Positions 21,704-28,776 of a DNA stretch of 64,000 nucleotides are shown here, piece after piece; within the stretch, counting starts at the first letter, position 1; every line of letters begins with the position of its first letter. The stretch is from an uncultured virus (IMG/VR IMGVR_UViG_3300034418_009100). Taxonomy: Duplodnaviria > Heunggongvirae > Uroviricota > Caudoviricetes. The position numbers and the translations under genes were made by a program. The stretch lies in the IMG/VR virus record IMGVR_UViG_3300034418_009100. One strand, 5' to 3'. The notes under the pieces are model-generated. The model had not been told where the DNA came from, made no database searches, and saw nothing but the letters and a program-made list of their open reading frames with translations.

Positions 21704-21839
21704 TCAAAGTACAATATTTGACAAAAAAACTTTTTTAAATGAAATCAAAAAATTATATTCTTTATTAGATTTGGATGATTTTAATGAAGAGGCTACTAGC
21801 ATTTTTTATACAAAGTATGCTATACTACACAACATATAA
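21678..21839 (+). pseudogene. start-less 3' remnant of a displaced accessory gene
   Basis: open frame ..FDQSTIFDKKTFLNEIKKLYSLLDLDDFNEEATSIFYTKYAILHNI* resembling the C-terminus of 19915..20760. Confidence 0.5.
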
Positions 21840-21848
21840 GGAACTATC

Positions 21849-22925
21849 ATGGCAAAACCATTTGACGTAAGCAAATTTAGAAAAACAATCACAAAAAGTA
21901 TTGACGGTATCAGTATTGGATTTAGGGATCCAGATACTTGGGTTAGTACAGGTAACTATGCTCTCAACTATTTGATTAGCGGACAGTTTGACCGAGGAGT
22001 GCCAATTGGCAAAGTTACAGTATTTGCAGGTGAGTCAGGTGCAGGCAAAAGTTTTATCTGTAGTGGTAACTTGATTCGCAACGCACAGGAGCAGGGTATC
22101 TATGTTATCTTAGTTGACACTGAAAACGCCTTGGATGAGAAATGGCTGCATGCACTTAATGTAGATACGTCAGAAGCAAAATTATTAAAACTAAACTTAG
22201 CAATGATTGATGATGTTGCTAAACTAGTAACTGATTTCGTTAAAGAATATAAGACCTTGCCAGAAGATGATCGTCCCAAGGTATTGTTTGTATTAGATTC
22301 ATTGGGCATGATGTTGACACCAACTGATGTTAATCAGTTCGAATCAGGTGATCTAAAAGGCGACATGGGCCGTAAGCCTAAGGCACTAACAGCATTAGTG
22401 CGTAACTGCGTGAACATGTTTGGTGACTTGAACATTGGTTTAGTAGCAACTAACCACACCTATGCCAGTCAAGATATGTTCGACCCAGACGACAAGATCT
22501 CAGGCGGACAAGGCTTTATCTACGCAAGTAGTATTGTAGTTGCCATGCGTAAACTCAAACTCAAAGAGGACGAAGACGGCAATAAAGTGTCAGAAGTTAA
22601 AGGTATTCGTGCTGCCTGTAAAATTATGAAAACACGTTATGCCAAGCCTTTTGAAAGCGTACAGGTAAAAATTCCTTACGAAACAGGCATGAATCCCTAC
22701 AGTGGGCTAGTTGATCTGTTTGAAAGCAAGAGTTTGTTGGAAAAAGAAGGCAATCGGCTTAAATATGTCTTAGCAAATGGTACTGAAATCAAACAATTCC
22801 GTAAGGCTTGGGAAAAGAACGAAGACGGGTGTTTAGATCAAGTTATGGAAGATGTAGTTAAAAATCCGCATAAAGATCGAGGACAGGCCATTTCTCTTGA
22901 AGAGGAAACTACTAATGACGATTGA
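21849..22925 (+). CDS. uvsX: RecA-family recombinase (UvsX-like)
   Basis: GESGAGKS Walker A, VDTENALD, VLDSLG, TNHTY, ISGG. Confidence 0.93.
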   Translation: MAKPFDVSKFRKTITKSIDGISIGFRDPDTWVSTGNYALNYLISGQFDRGVPIGKVTVFAGESGAGKSFICSGNLIRNAQEQGIYVILVDTENALDEKWLHALNVDTSEAKLLKLNLAMIDDVAKLVTDFVKEYKTLPEDDRPKVLFVLDSLGMMLTPTDVNQFESGDLKGDMGRKPKALTALVRNCVNMFGDLNIGLVATNHTYASQDMFDPDDKISGGQGFIYASSIVVAMRKLKLKEDEDGNKVSEVKGIRAACKIMKTRYAKPFESVQVKIPYETGMNPYSGLVDLFESKSLLEKEGNRLKYVLANGTEIKQFRKAWEKNEDGCLDQVMEDVVKNPHKDRGQAISLEEETTNDD

Positions 22926-23145
22926 TGTTGAAGTTTTGACAGAAACTTATTCAACCCTTAAACAATATATTCCACAAAAAGACAGGCAAGAAGCCAGCGA
23001 TACTCTTATGAGTATCCTGGTAGACTATCTTGGCGACACTGAAATTAAAGAGTTCAGTGGCATTGACGCATATACAAAACGTAGTTACGATGAGTATGCA
23101 GGTCAGTTTGATGACGATGAGGAATACGAAGACTACGAAGACTAA
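22915..23145 (+). CDS. small acidic hypothetical protein
   Basis: ATG at 22915 with GAGG RBS; lies between uvsX and uvsY. Confidence 0.7.
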   Translation: MTIDVEVLTETYSTLKQYIPQKDRQEASDTLMSILVDYLGDTEIKEFSGIDAYTKRSYDEYAGQFDDDEEYEDYED

Positions 23146-23147
23146 CC

Positions 23148-23600
23148 ATGTGGTATAATCGAGTGGTTCAAGACTTGGGTAACATACCTGAGTTTATTAA
23201 TTTTTACGAAAACGAATTACAAGAAGCCAAGTACGACTGCGGTGTCAAAGGACATTTGGAACGTAACATTGCAAACTTACCTGGTATTACTGAACACAGG
23301 TTCAATCAACTGCAAGAAATAGAAGCAGTGTTAAACTTTCTTAACATACAGTTACGCAAAATTCGCAAAAAGCATTTTCAAAAGTATCTTGAAAACTATG
23401 CAAGAGCATTAAGCAGTCGCGATGCTGAAAAGTATGTTGACGGTGAAGATGAAGTTATTGACTTTGAAACTATTATCAACGAAGTAGCACTTGTTAGAAA
23501 CAAATGGCTTGGCCTAATGAAAGGCCTTGAAAGCAAAAACTTTATGTTAGGACACGTTAGTAGGCTAAGAACAGCCGGTATGGAGGACATTACACTATGA
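23148..23600 (+). CDS. uvsY: recombination mediator (UvsY-like)
   Basis: helical 150 aa, DAEKYVDGEDE, adjacent to uvsX. Confidence 0.7.
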   Translation: MWYNRVVQDLGNIPEFINFYENELQEAKYDCGVKGHLERNIANLPGITEHRFNQLQEIEAVLNFLNIQLRKIRKKHFQKYLENYARALSSRDAEKYVDGEDEVIDFETIINEVALVRNKWLGLMKGLESKNFMLGHVSRLRTAGMEDITL

Positions 23601-24394
23601 TAAGTACTGATACCATGCAAGAAAAGGTAGTTTTAGTTACCGGAGGCTTTGATCCTTTACATTCCGGACACATAGAATACTTTAAGGCCGCCCGTGCTTT
23701 AGGTACTAAATTGATTGTGGGTGTAAACAGTGATCAATGGTTGGTGCGTAAAAAAGGACGACCATTTATGCTACAGGAAGAACGCATTTTAATTATCAGT
23801 GCGTTGGCATGTGTAGATGAAGTCTTGGTCTATGACGATGAAGATGACAGCAGCATAGATGCTATCCGACGCACATTAAAAAAATACCCTGCACATGAGA
23901 TTGTTTTTGCCAATGGTGGCGACCGTACCAAAAGCAATATACCCGAAATGGCTATTGTAGATCCAAGAGTGGAATTTGTGTTTGGCGTTGGTGGCACAGA
24001 TAAAATGAATTCCAGTAGTTGGATCTTAATGGACTGGAAAAGTCCCAAAGTAGAACGCAATTGGGGTTACTATAGAACTATCTATGAGCCTAACAAGCAC
24101 GTTAAAGTAAAAGAACTTACTGTAATGCCTGGAGAACGTTTAAGTATGCAACGACATCAGGATCGTGCAGAACATTGGTTTGTGGCAGAAGGCACTGCTA
24201 CAGTATATACTGTAAACCGCAGTTCAGACTATGAGTTGTTGGGTGAGTTTCACGAACATCAAGCACTACACATCAGTCGTACTCAATGGCATCAATTGTG
24301 TAATGAAGGCGAAGTTCCGTTAAGGGTTGTCGAAATACAGTACGGTGAACGCTGTGAGGAAGAAGACATAGAGCGCAAACAAAAGGGGCAGTAA
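23597..24394 (+). CDS. cytidylyltransferase-like domain fused to a mannose-6-phosphate isomerase-type cupin
   Basis: TGGFDPLHSGH, FANGGDRT; ERNWGYY..LSMQRH..RAEHW..EIQYG..EEDIER. Confidence 0.85.
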   Translation: MISTDTMQEKVVLVTGGFDPLHSGHIEYFKAARALGTKLIVGVNSDQWLVRKKGRPFMLQEERILIISALACVDEVLVYDDEDDSSIDAIRRTLKKYPAHEIVFANGGDRTKSNIPEMAIVDPRVEFVFGVGGTDKMNSSSWILMDWKSPKVERNWGYYRTIYEPNKHVKVKELTVMPGERLSMQRHQDRAEHWFVAEGTATVYTVNRSSDYELLGEFHEHQALHISRTQWHQLCNEGEVPLRVVEIQYGERCEEEDIERKQKGQ

Positions 24395-24409
24395 TTGCCC
24401 CTTTTTGTT
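24378..24409. terminator. bidirectional terminator between convergent genes
   Basis: AAAAGGGGCA-GTAAT-TGCCCCTTTTT. Confidence 0.8.
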
Positions 24410-24410
24410 A

Positions 24411-24500
24411 TTAGACGTACCAGTTTGACCTAGACTGATCAACTCTGGCTTGAGCTAGTTTTTCGCACCAGTTGAAGAACCAAGATTTAAATGCGGCCAT
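24411..24500 (-). CDS. 29-aa small protein MAAFKSWFFNWCEKLAQARVDQSRSNWYV
   Basis: GGAGG RBS; overlaps the upstream stop; not in the ORF track. Confidence 0.5.
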   Translation of the reverse strand: MAAFKSWFFNWCEKLAQARVDQSRSNWYV

Positions 24501-24663
24501 GTTGTGTGCCTCCATAGTTACGCATGTCAAATTCACGCATTAGTCGTTCAATATCTGCCACAGTCTGTGGTGCACGGCTAGAAATATAGTGGTCCATTTG
24601 ACTTTGGTAAGTCGCAGTTTTTACGCCAAGCTTTTGTAAAGCCTGCTTAATTTTTTTCATCAT
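24487..24663 (-). CDS. 58-aa small protein
   Basis: MMKKIKQ..YQSQMDHYISSRAPQTVADIERLMREFD..; AAGGA RBS; loosely reminiscent of DUF3563; not in the ORF track. Confidence 0.65.
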   Translation of the reverse strand: MMKKIKQALQKLGVKTATYQSQMDHYISSRAPQTVADIERLMREFDMRNYGGTQHGRI

Positions 24664-24681
24664 TTTGTGATTGTCCTTATA

Positions 24682-24822
24682 TTAAAAATCTAAAATTTTG
24701 TATGCTTCACGTGCATCAACTCCGCACTCAGGACAGTTGGCATACTTTGGTAAGTCATCAAACTTGCCCATTGTTTCTTCGTCGTGAACGTGTCCGCATA
24801 TCTCGCAAACATATTGGTTCAT
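24682..24822 (-). CDS. rubredoxin (46 aa)
   Basis: MNQYVCEICGHVHDEETMGKFDDLPKYANCPECGVDAREAYKILDF: CxxCG..FDDLP..CPxCG; AGGA RBS; not in the ORF track. Confidence 0.9.
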   Translation of the reverse strand: MNQYVCEICGHVHDEETMGKFDDLPKYANCPECGVDAREAYKILDF

Positions 24823-24960
24823 TTTTGGTGTTCCTATATATTAGTAGAAACTATATCAGTGTTTCTACTGAGTATTTAGCTCAGTGTTTCTACTAATATA
24901 AGATATGATTATTCATTCTCCCTGTTCATTAATAAATATATTATTACTATACCAAGAAAT

Positions 24961-25980
24961 ATGAGATACCAAGAATTCCTTACAGAAGCAGTTCAAAAAG
25001 ACCAAGTAGTTGCTGCATTAAAAAGTGCGGGTTTTGAAGACGTTAGAATTAAAGGCAATCTAATTGCAGTTCTAGTTCAAATCCCAGCAAAGCAGAAAAA
25101 AGATGCGTTCAGAGTAGCACTATTACAAGACATTGAACGTGTCATGCAACAGGCATTTCCAGAAGATGGCGCTAAAATTGTGCAAGCTCAACGTTTAAAA
25201 AGCAGCATCGGCGGGGTTGTGTTTGATGCCAGTCCTATTGGTATTTTAGTTAAGGATATTGGTGCTCAGGGTGATCAAAGTGCCGGTGTTGCTAACGAAA
25301 TTGAGTTGGCCAGTATGATTGAAAGTGTAATTCAAAAGTACGGTAATGCTAATGTTACATTTGTTGATCCAAGAGGTAAGGAACTTACACTTCAAAACTG
25401 CTCAGAAGTACAAATAGCAGGACGCGATACCAAAGGCAGAAAAAAAGCAGACGTGGTACTACGTAGCGAATCTGGTGATTTGCCCATCAGTATTAAGAAA
25501 TTAAATGCAGATGCTTGGGAAAGTGCCGATAAACTGTTTGGTGGTAAGGCCAGTGCAGTATTGCAAAATCTTCAGGATCAGGGTGTTATCAAACTTAAGC
25601 AAAGCAAAGATGATGAAGGCAACACAATCTACAGTTTAGATAAAGAAATTGTAGTAGAGCCTACTGAAGAAGAAAGCATGCAGGCAATATTTGGCAGTGA
25701 TATCAATCCTGAAGGTGGTGTGGTAATTCAGACTTTCAAACCTGAGCACTTTAGACAAGATGGCAATAATGTATTTGTACAGTGCCATGCAATTATCAAA
25801 GAAAAAGCAGATATTCCAGAAAGCCACATGATGGTATGGTTAATTAGAAACGACAGAACTAGGAAAAATCCGCTACCAGGCCTGCGTACACTGGGTGTAA
25901 CACTGAAACGTGGTATTGGCGCTCGGGGTGACAAACCTGTTATTTTGGTTGACCGATCTGGTAATGTATTAAGGAGATAA
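24961..25980 (+). CDS. putative PD-(D/E)XK-like nuclease-fold protein with capsid-targeting-like N-terminus
   Basis: MRYQEFLTE start; GVANE..KADVVL..ISIKK; TAAATA at 24933. Confidence 0.55.
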   Translation: MRYQEFLTEAVQKDQVVAALKSAGFEDVRIKGNLIAVLVQIPAKQKKDAFRVALLQDIERVMQQAFPEDGAKIVQAQRLKSSIGGVVFDASPIGILVKDIGAQGDQSAGVANEIELASMIESVIQKYGNANVTFVDPRGKELTLQNCSEVQIAGRDTKGRKKADVVLRSESGDLPISIKKLNADAWESADKLFGGKASAVLQNLQDQGVIKLKQSKDDEGNTIYSLDKEIVVEPTEEESMQAIFGSDINPEGGVVIQTFKPEHFRQDGNNVFVQCHAIIKEKADIPESHMMVWLIRNDRTRKNPLPGLRTLGVTLKRGIGARGDKPVILVDRSGNVLRR

Positions 25981-25983
25981 AAA

Positions 25984-26259
25984 ATGTGGAAATCTACAGC
26001 AACCGTTACTAGTAGCACAGGATGGACATTAGAGCAAATTGCCGTCGCTGTTCAACTATTTGAAAAAGAATTAAACAATGGAAATATTGCAGAACCACCC
26101 CTGCCAGATGAACAAATAGGGTCTTTCGATGAAAGTGGATCTCAGTTTATAAGGTATTACCAAACCGAGGCAGATGCAAATTATTGGATAAATTTATTTG
26201 AAACAACAGTGACTGACCATCCAACATACACTTGGGTCCTTGAAGAAGTGTCTGAGTAA
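25984..26259 (+). CDS. hypothetical protein
   Basis: 91 aa, AGGAG RBS. Confidence 0.7.
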   Translation: MWKSTATVTSSTGWTLEQIAVAVQLFEKELNNGNIAEPPLPDEQIGSFDESGSQFIRYYQTEADANYWINLFETTVTDHPTYTWVLEEVSE

Positions 26260-26278
26260 TGTTATCTGCAGTTAACTG

Positions 26279-26307
26279 TTGACATAAAATCCCCGTTACT
26301 ATATAAT
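26279..26307 (+). promoter_or_regulatory. consensus sigma70 promoter of the tRNA array
   Basis: TTGACA-17 bp-TATAAT. Confidence 0.9.
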
Positions 26308-26316
26308 AAGTCTATT

Positions 26317-26393
26317 GCGCTTGTAGCTCAGTTGGTTAGAGCAGTGGACTCATAATCCATTGGTCGCGGGTTCGAGTCCCTCCGAGCGCACCA
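26317..26393 (+). tRNA. tRNA-CAT (elongator Met or Ile2)
   Basis: cloverleaf, CT-CAT-AA loop, GTTCGAG, encoded CCA; 1:72 paired so not an initiator. Confidence 0.9.
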
Positions 26394-26402
26394 GGTTAAC
26401 AT

Positions 26403-26489
26403 GCCCGGATGGCGAAATCGGTAGACGCCTCAGACTTAAAATCTGATATCCGCATGGGTGTGCCGGTTCGAGTCCGGCTCCGGGCACCA
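26403..26489 (+). tRNA. tRNA-Leu(TAA)
   Basis: TCAGA-CTTAAAA-TCTGA, long variable arm, CCA. Confidence 0.95.
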
Positions 26490-26614
26490 CGAGATTATTA
26501 TGAGTTTAGGTTCATTATACCTTTTGATTCAGTTCTTTAATAAACAAGAAATTTGTTTTTGGGACATTCACCAAGATTAATTTTGGATAAGTACAGTACT
26601 TCAAGGAGAACTGT

Positions 26615-26761
26615 ATGGCAGCAAAATCGAAATTAGGTGAAAAACCCCAAGTCAAATTAAAAATTGAAAAGCGTACCAGTCAAGGTGGCAAAGTCAAACG
26701 CTCGAGCATGAACAAAGGTCGAAAGCGTGGTTTTAAAGCATACCGTGGTCAGGGACGCTAA
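26615..26761 (+). CDS. 48-aa highly basic protein
   Basis: MAAKSKLGEKPQVKLKIEKRTSQGGKVKRSSMNKGRKRGFKAYRGQGR; AAGGAG RBS; not in the ORF track. Confidence 0.8.
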   Translation: MAAKSKLGEKPQVKLKIEKRTSQGGKVKRSSMNKGRKRGFKAYRGQGR

Positions 26762-26771
26762 GTAAACACGT

Positions 26772-26848
26772 TCCCTGGTAGCTCAGTAGGTAGTAGCAAC
26801 GGACTGTTAATCCGTGTGTCGTTGGTTCGAGCCCAACCCGGGGAGCCA
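26772..26848 (+). tRNA. tRNA-Asn(GTT)
   Basis: ACGGA-CTGTTAA-TCCGT, GCCA end. Confidence 0.95.
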
Positions 26849-26855
26849 TTATTTC

Positions 26856-26884
26856 TTGACAACTGTAGTTTTTGCATATATAAT
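26856..26884 (+). promoter_or_regulatory. consensus sigma70 promoter
   Basis: TTGACA-17 bp-TATAAT. Confidence 0.9.
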
Positions 26885-26902
26885 ACAGACATAGAGAGAT
26901 AG

Positions 26903-26978
26903 GCCGTCTTAGCTCAGCAGGTAGAGCAACGGATTTGTAACCCGTAGGTCGCCAGTTCGATTCCGGCAGACGGCACCA
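26903..26978 (+). tRNA. tRNA-Thr(TGT)
   Basis: TT-TGT-AA loop, cloverleaf, ACCA. Confidence 0.93.
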
Positions 26979-27076
26979 TATTAAAGCATATCTAGTCGTA
27001 TGTTGAGCCTATTAGGCCTACAACGGTGTACGATGAAATTGCTGTGTTGTAGTGGCATGGTATGCTTTAATATGGT
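26975..27076 (+). ncRNA. stem-closed cassette E1
   Basis: ACCATATTAAAGCATAT...GTATGCTTTAATATGGT terminal stem around a hairpin cargo. Confidence 0.65.
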
Positions 27077-27080
27077 AAAT

Positions 27081-27165
27081 GCCCCTTTGGCGTAATTGGT
27101 AGCCGCGCTGGATTTAGGTTCCAGTACCGAGAGGTGTGAGGGTTCGAGTCCCTTGGGGGGCACCA
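27081..27165 (+). tRNA. tRNA-Leu(TAG)
   Basis: CTGGA-TTTAGGT-TCCAG, long variable arm, CCA. Confidence 0.95.
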
Positions 27166-27173
27166 TATAGTGT

Positions 27174-27247
27174 GCAGGATTCGTATAGTGGTAATACCTC
27201 AGCCTTCCAAGCTGATGCGAGGAGTTCGATTCTCCTATCCTGCTCCA
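27174..27247 (+). tRNA. tRNA-Gly(TCC)
   Basis: TCAGC-CTTCCAA-GCTGA, TCCA end. Confidence 0.95.
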
Positions 27248-27250
27248 AGT

Positions 27251-27327
27251 CGGGGTGTAGCACAGCCTGGTAGTGCGCTTGGTTTGGGACCAAGATGTCG
27301 GAGGTTCGAATCCTTTCACCCCGACCA
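27251..27327 (+). tRNA. tRNA-Pro(TGG)
   Basis: CTTGG-TTTGGGA-CCAAG, CCA. Confidence 0.95.
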
Positions 27328-27334
27328 TTAAGTT

Positions 27335-27410
27335 GGATCGTTAGCTCAGATGGTAGAGCGTCGGCTTTACACGCCGAATGTCGGCAGTTCGATCCTGTCA
27401 CGATCCACCA
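27335..27410 (+). tRNA. tRNA-Val(TAC)
   Basis: TCGGC-TTTACAC-GCCGA, CCA. Confidence 0.95.
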
Positions 27411-27428
27411 TGCTAAATAATCTACCCT

Positions 27429-27502
27429 GGGGGATTAGTGAAGTGGGATCACGCCAGATTTGCATTCTGGAATCAGGAGTTCGACTCTCCTATCCTCCAC
27501 CA
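27429..27502 (+). tRNA. tRNA-Ala(TGC)
   Basis: CCAGA-TTTGCAT-TCTGG, G3-U70 pair, CCA. Confidence 0.95.
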
Positions 27503-27522
27503 ATTAATACTTTAGTATTATA

Positions 27523-27551
27523 TTGACAGTAATTCAGATTTCACATACAAT
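27523..27551 (+). promoter_or_regulatory. sigma70 promoter with upstream TAATAC-N4-GTATTA palindrome (27505-27520)
   Basis: TTGACA-17 bp-TACAAT. Confidence 0.85.
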
Positions 27552-27562
27552 ACACTTAAGTT

Positions 27563-27623
27563 GACGCACATTAGAGATAAGACGGTACTGGTTCGAAACG
27601 GGACTCCTCGTCTAGTGTGTTTC
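27563..27623 (+). ncRNA. stem-closed cassette E2 (short outer stem)
   Basis: GACGCACATTAGA...TCTAGTGTGTTTC; starts just after the promoter and ends 2 nt before tRNA-Glu. Confidence 0.5.
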
Positions 27624-27625
27624 TT

Positions 27626-27700
27626 GCACGGTTCGTCTATCGGTTAGGACACTGGCCTTTCACGCCGGTAAGAGGGGTTCGATTCCCCTACCGTGTACCA
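27626..27700 (+). tRNA. tRNA-Glu(TTC)
   Basis: CTGGC-CTTTCAC-GCCGG, CCA. Confidence 0.95.
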
Positions 27701-27705
27701 AACAT

Positions 27706-27783
27706 AGTACGGTGGCAGAGTGGCCCAATGCACGGGACTGCAAATCCCGAAAACCGTCGGTTCAAATCCGACCCGTACTTCCA
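27706..27783 (+). tRNA. tRNA-Cys(GCA)
   Basis: CGGGA-CTGCAAA-TCCCG, TCCA end. Confidence 0.95.
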
Positions 27784-27784
27784 G

Positions 27785-27997
27785 AACGTTCCGTGTAGCA
27801 ACGGATACTCCGACCCGGAGGATGAGAAGTGGTGTAGCAACCACGGGTGGTTCCAGTCCAACCGAACTGGCGCTGGCAATGCGATAACGGTCCCCGTCGG
27901 GGAGCGGGTGGAAGGCGTGCGTGATGGTATGCTGTTTAACCGAAAGGTGACAGGGTGCTTGATGCGCTATAATTACCGCCGGGGGATGCAGAGCATT
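27785..27997 (+). ncRNA. unidentified GC-rich structured RNA
   Basis: multiple hairpins, twin GTAGCA loops, GAAA tetraloop, long-range pairings; follows tRNA-Cys directly. Confidence 0.65.
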
Positions 27998-28023
27998 TGT
28001 TAACTTAACAAAGGAGAAGATGT

Positions 28024-28272
28024 ATGCAGTTTATTACATTAAATCAAAGGCACCATCTAGGCCGTCGAGGTTTTAAATACGCATTTGTGTTTAAGACCTA
28101 CTCTCAAGAACGGCCTAGCGAATATGCAATTAGTGAAATGGTAAGGAAAGCAGAAGGCATGGGGTATGATAACACATTCTATGGCAAGAGTCCTGGCAAT
28201 TGCGAGCGCAGGCCTTACTACGTCGGATTTAACAACGAAACAACTGCAACATTGGTACAATTGCAGTTATGA
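28024..28272 (+). CDS. hypothetical protein
   Basis: 82 aa, AAGGAG RBS. Confidence 0.7.
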   Translation: MQFITLNQRHHLGRRGFKYAFVFKTYSQERPSEYAISEMVRKAEGMGYDNTFYGKSPGNCERRPYYVGFNNETTATLVQLQL

Positions 28273-28287
28273 TAAAAGGAGAAAGCA

Positions 28288-28428
28288 ATGAAGCCAAAAC
28301 AAATCGCTAGGCAACGTAACCGCTTCGTTGCTTTGGCATTAATGAGAAAAGCGGGCGCACATCGCAAGTCTAACAAGGCCTTGCGTAGACAACACAAAGC
28401 GTCCTTAGATCAGTCGGTAGAGCAGTAG
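28288..28428 (+). CDS. 46-aa basic protein
   Basis: MKPKQIARQRNRFVALALMRKAGAHRKSNKALRRQHKASLDQSVEQ; AAGGAG RBS; not in the ORF track. Confidence 0.7.
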   Translation: MKPKQIARQRNRFVALALMRKAGAHRKSNKALRRQHKASLDQSVEQ

Positions 28429-28514
28429 ACCATATAAAAACACATCGTCCTAGAAGCAGTGAGATGAAGACACAATAGGCTCACAAGGGGTGTCACGGTG
28501 TGTTTCTATATGGT
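28429..28514 (+). ncRNA. stem-closed cassette E3 with pseudoknot-capable cargo
   Basis: ACCATATAAAAACACATCGT...ACGGTGTGTTTCTATATGGT. Confidence 0.65.
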
Positions 28515-28584
28515 TTGACAAAAGGTGGTATGTAGTCGTTGTCAATGCGGCGAGGACCGGGATTCCTTTCTCAGCAACACTGAG

Positions 28585-28686
28585 ACCATATTGAAGCACA
28601 TTGCCCGCCGTGGTAGGGGAATCGCAAACAGATTGATCACTGTTGCCGATGAGTGGTTCGAATCCAACAGTGTGCTTCAATATGGT
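28585..28686 (+). ncRNA. stem-closed cassette E4 with T-loop-containing cargo
   Basis: ACCATATTGAAGCACATTG...CAGTGTGCTTCAATATGGT; interior GTGGTTCGAATCCA. Confidence 0.7.
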
Positions 28687-28689
28687 AAT

Positions 28690-28776
28690 GGAGATGTAGG
28701 AAAATTGGTAACCCCAGCGGACTGTAAATCCGCCGCCCGAAAGGCACTGTGTGTTCGACTCACACCGTCTCCACCA
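28690..28776 (+). tRNA. tRNA-Tyr(GTA)
   Basis: GCGGA-CTGTAAA-TCCGC, long variable arm, CCA. Confidence 0.95.

Noticed and set aside
24702..24896. 64-aa plus-strand ORF
   Set aside because: Antisense shadow of the rubredoxin gene and its leader.
26500..26580. 26-codon ORF between tRNA-Leu and the basic protein
   Set aside because: Weak RBS and no recognisable features; cannot be supported.
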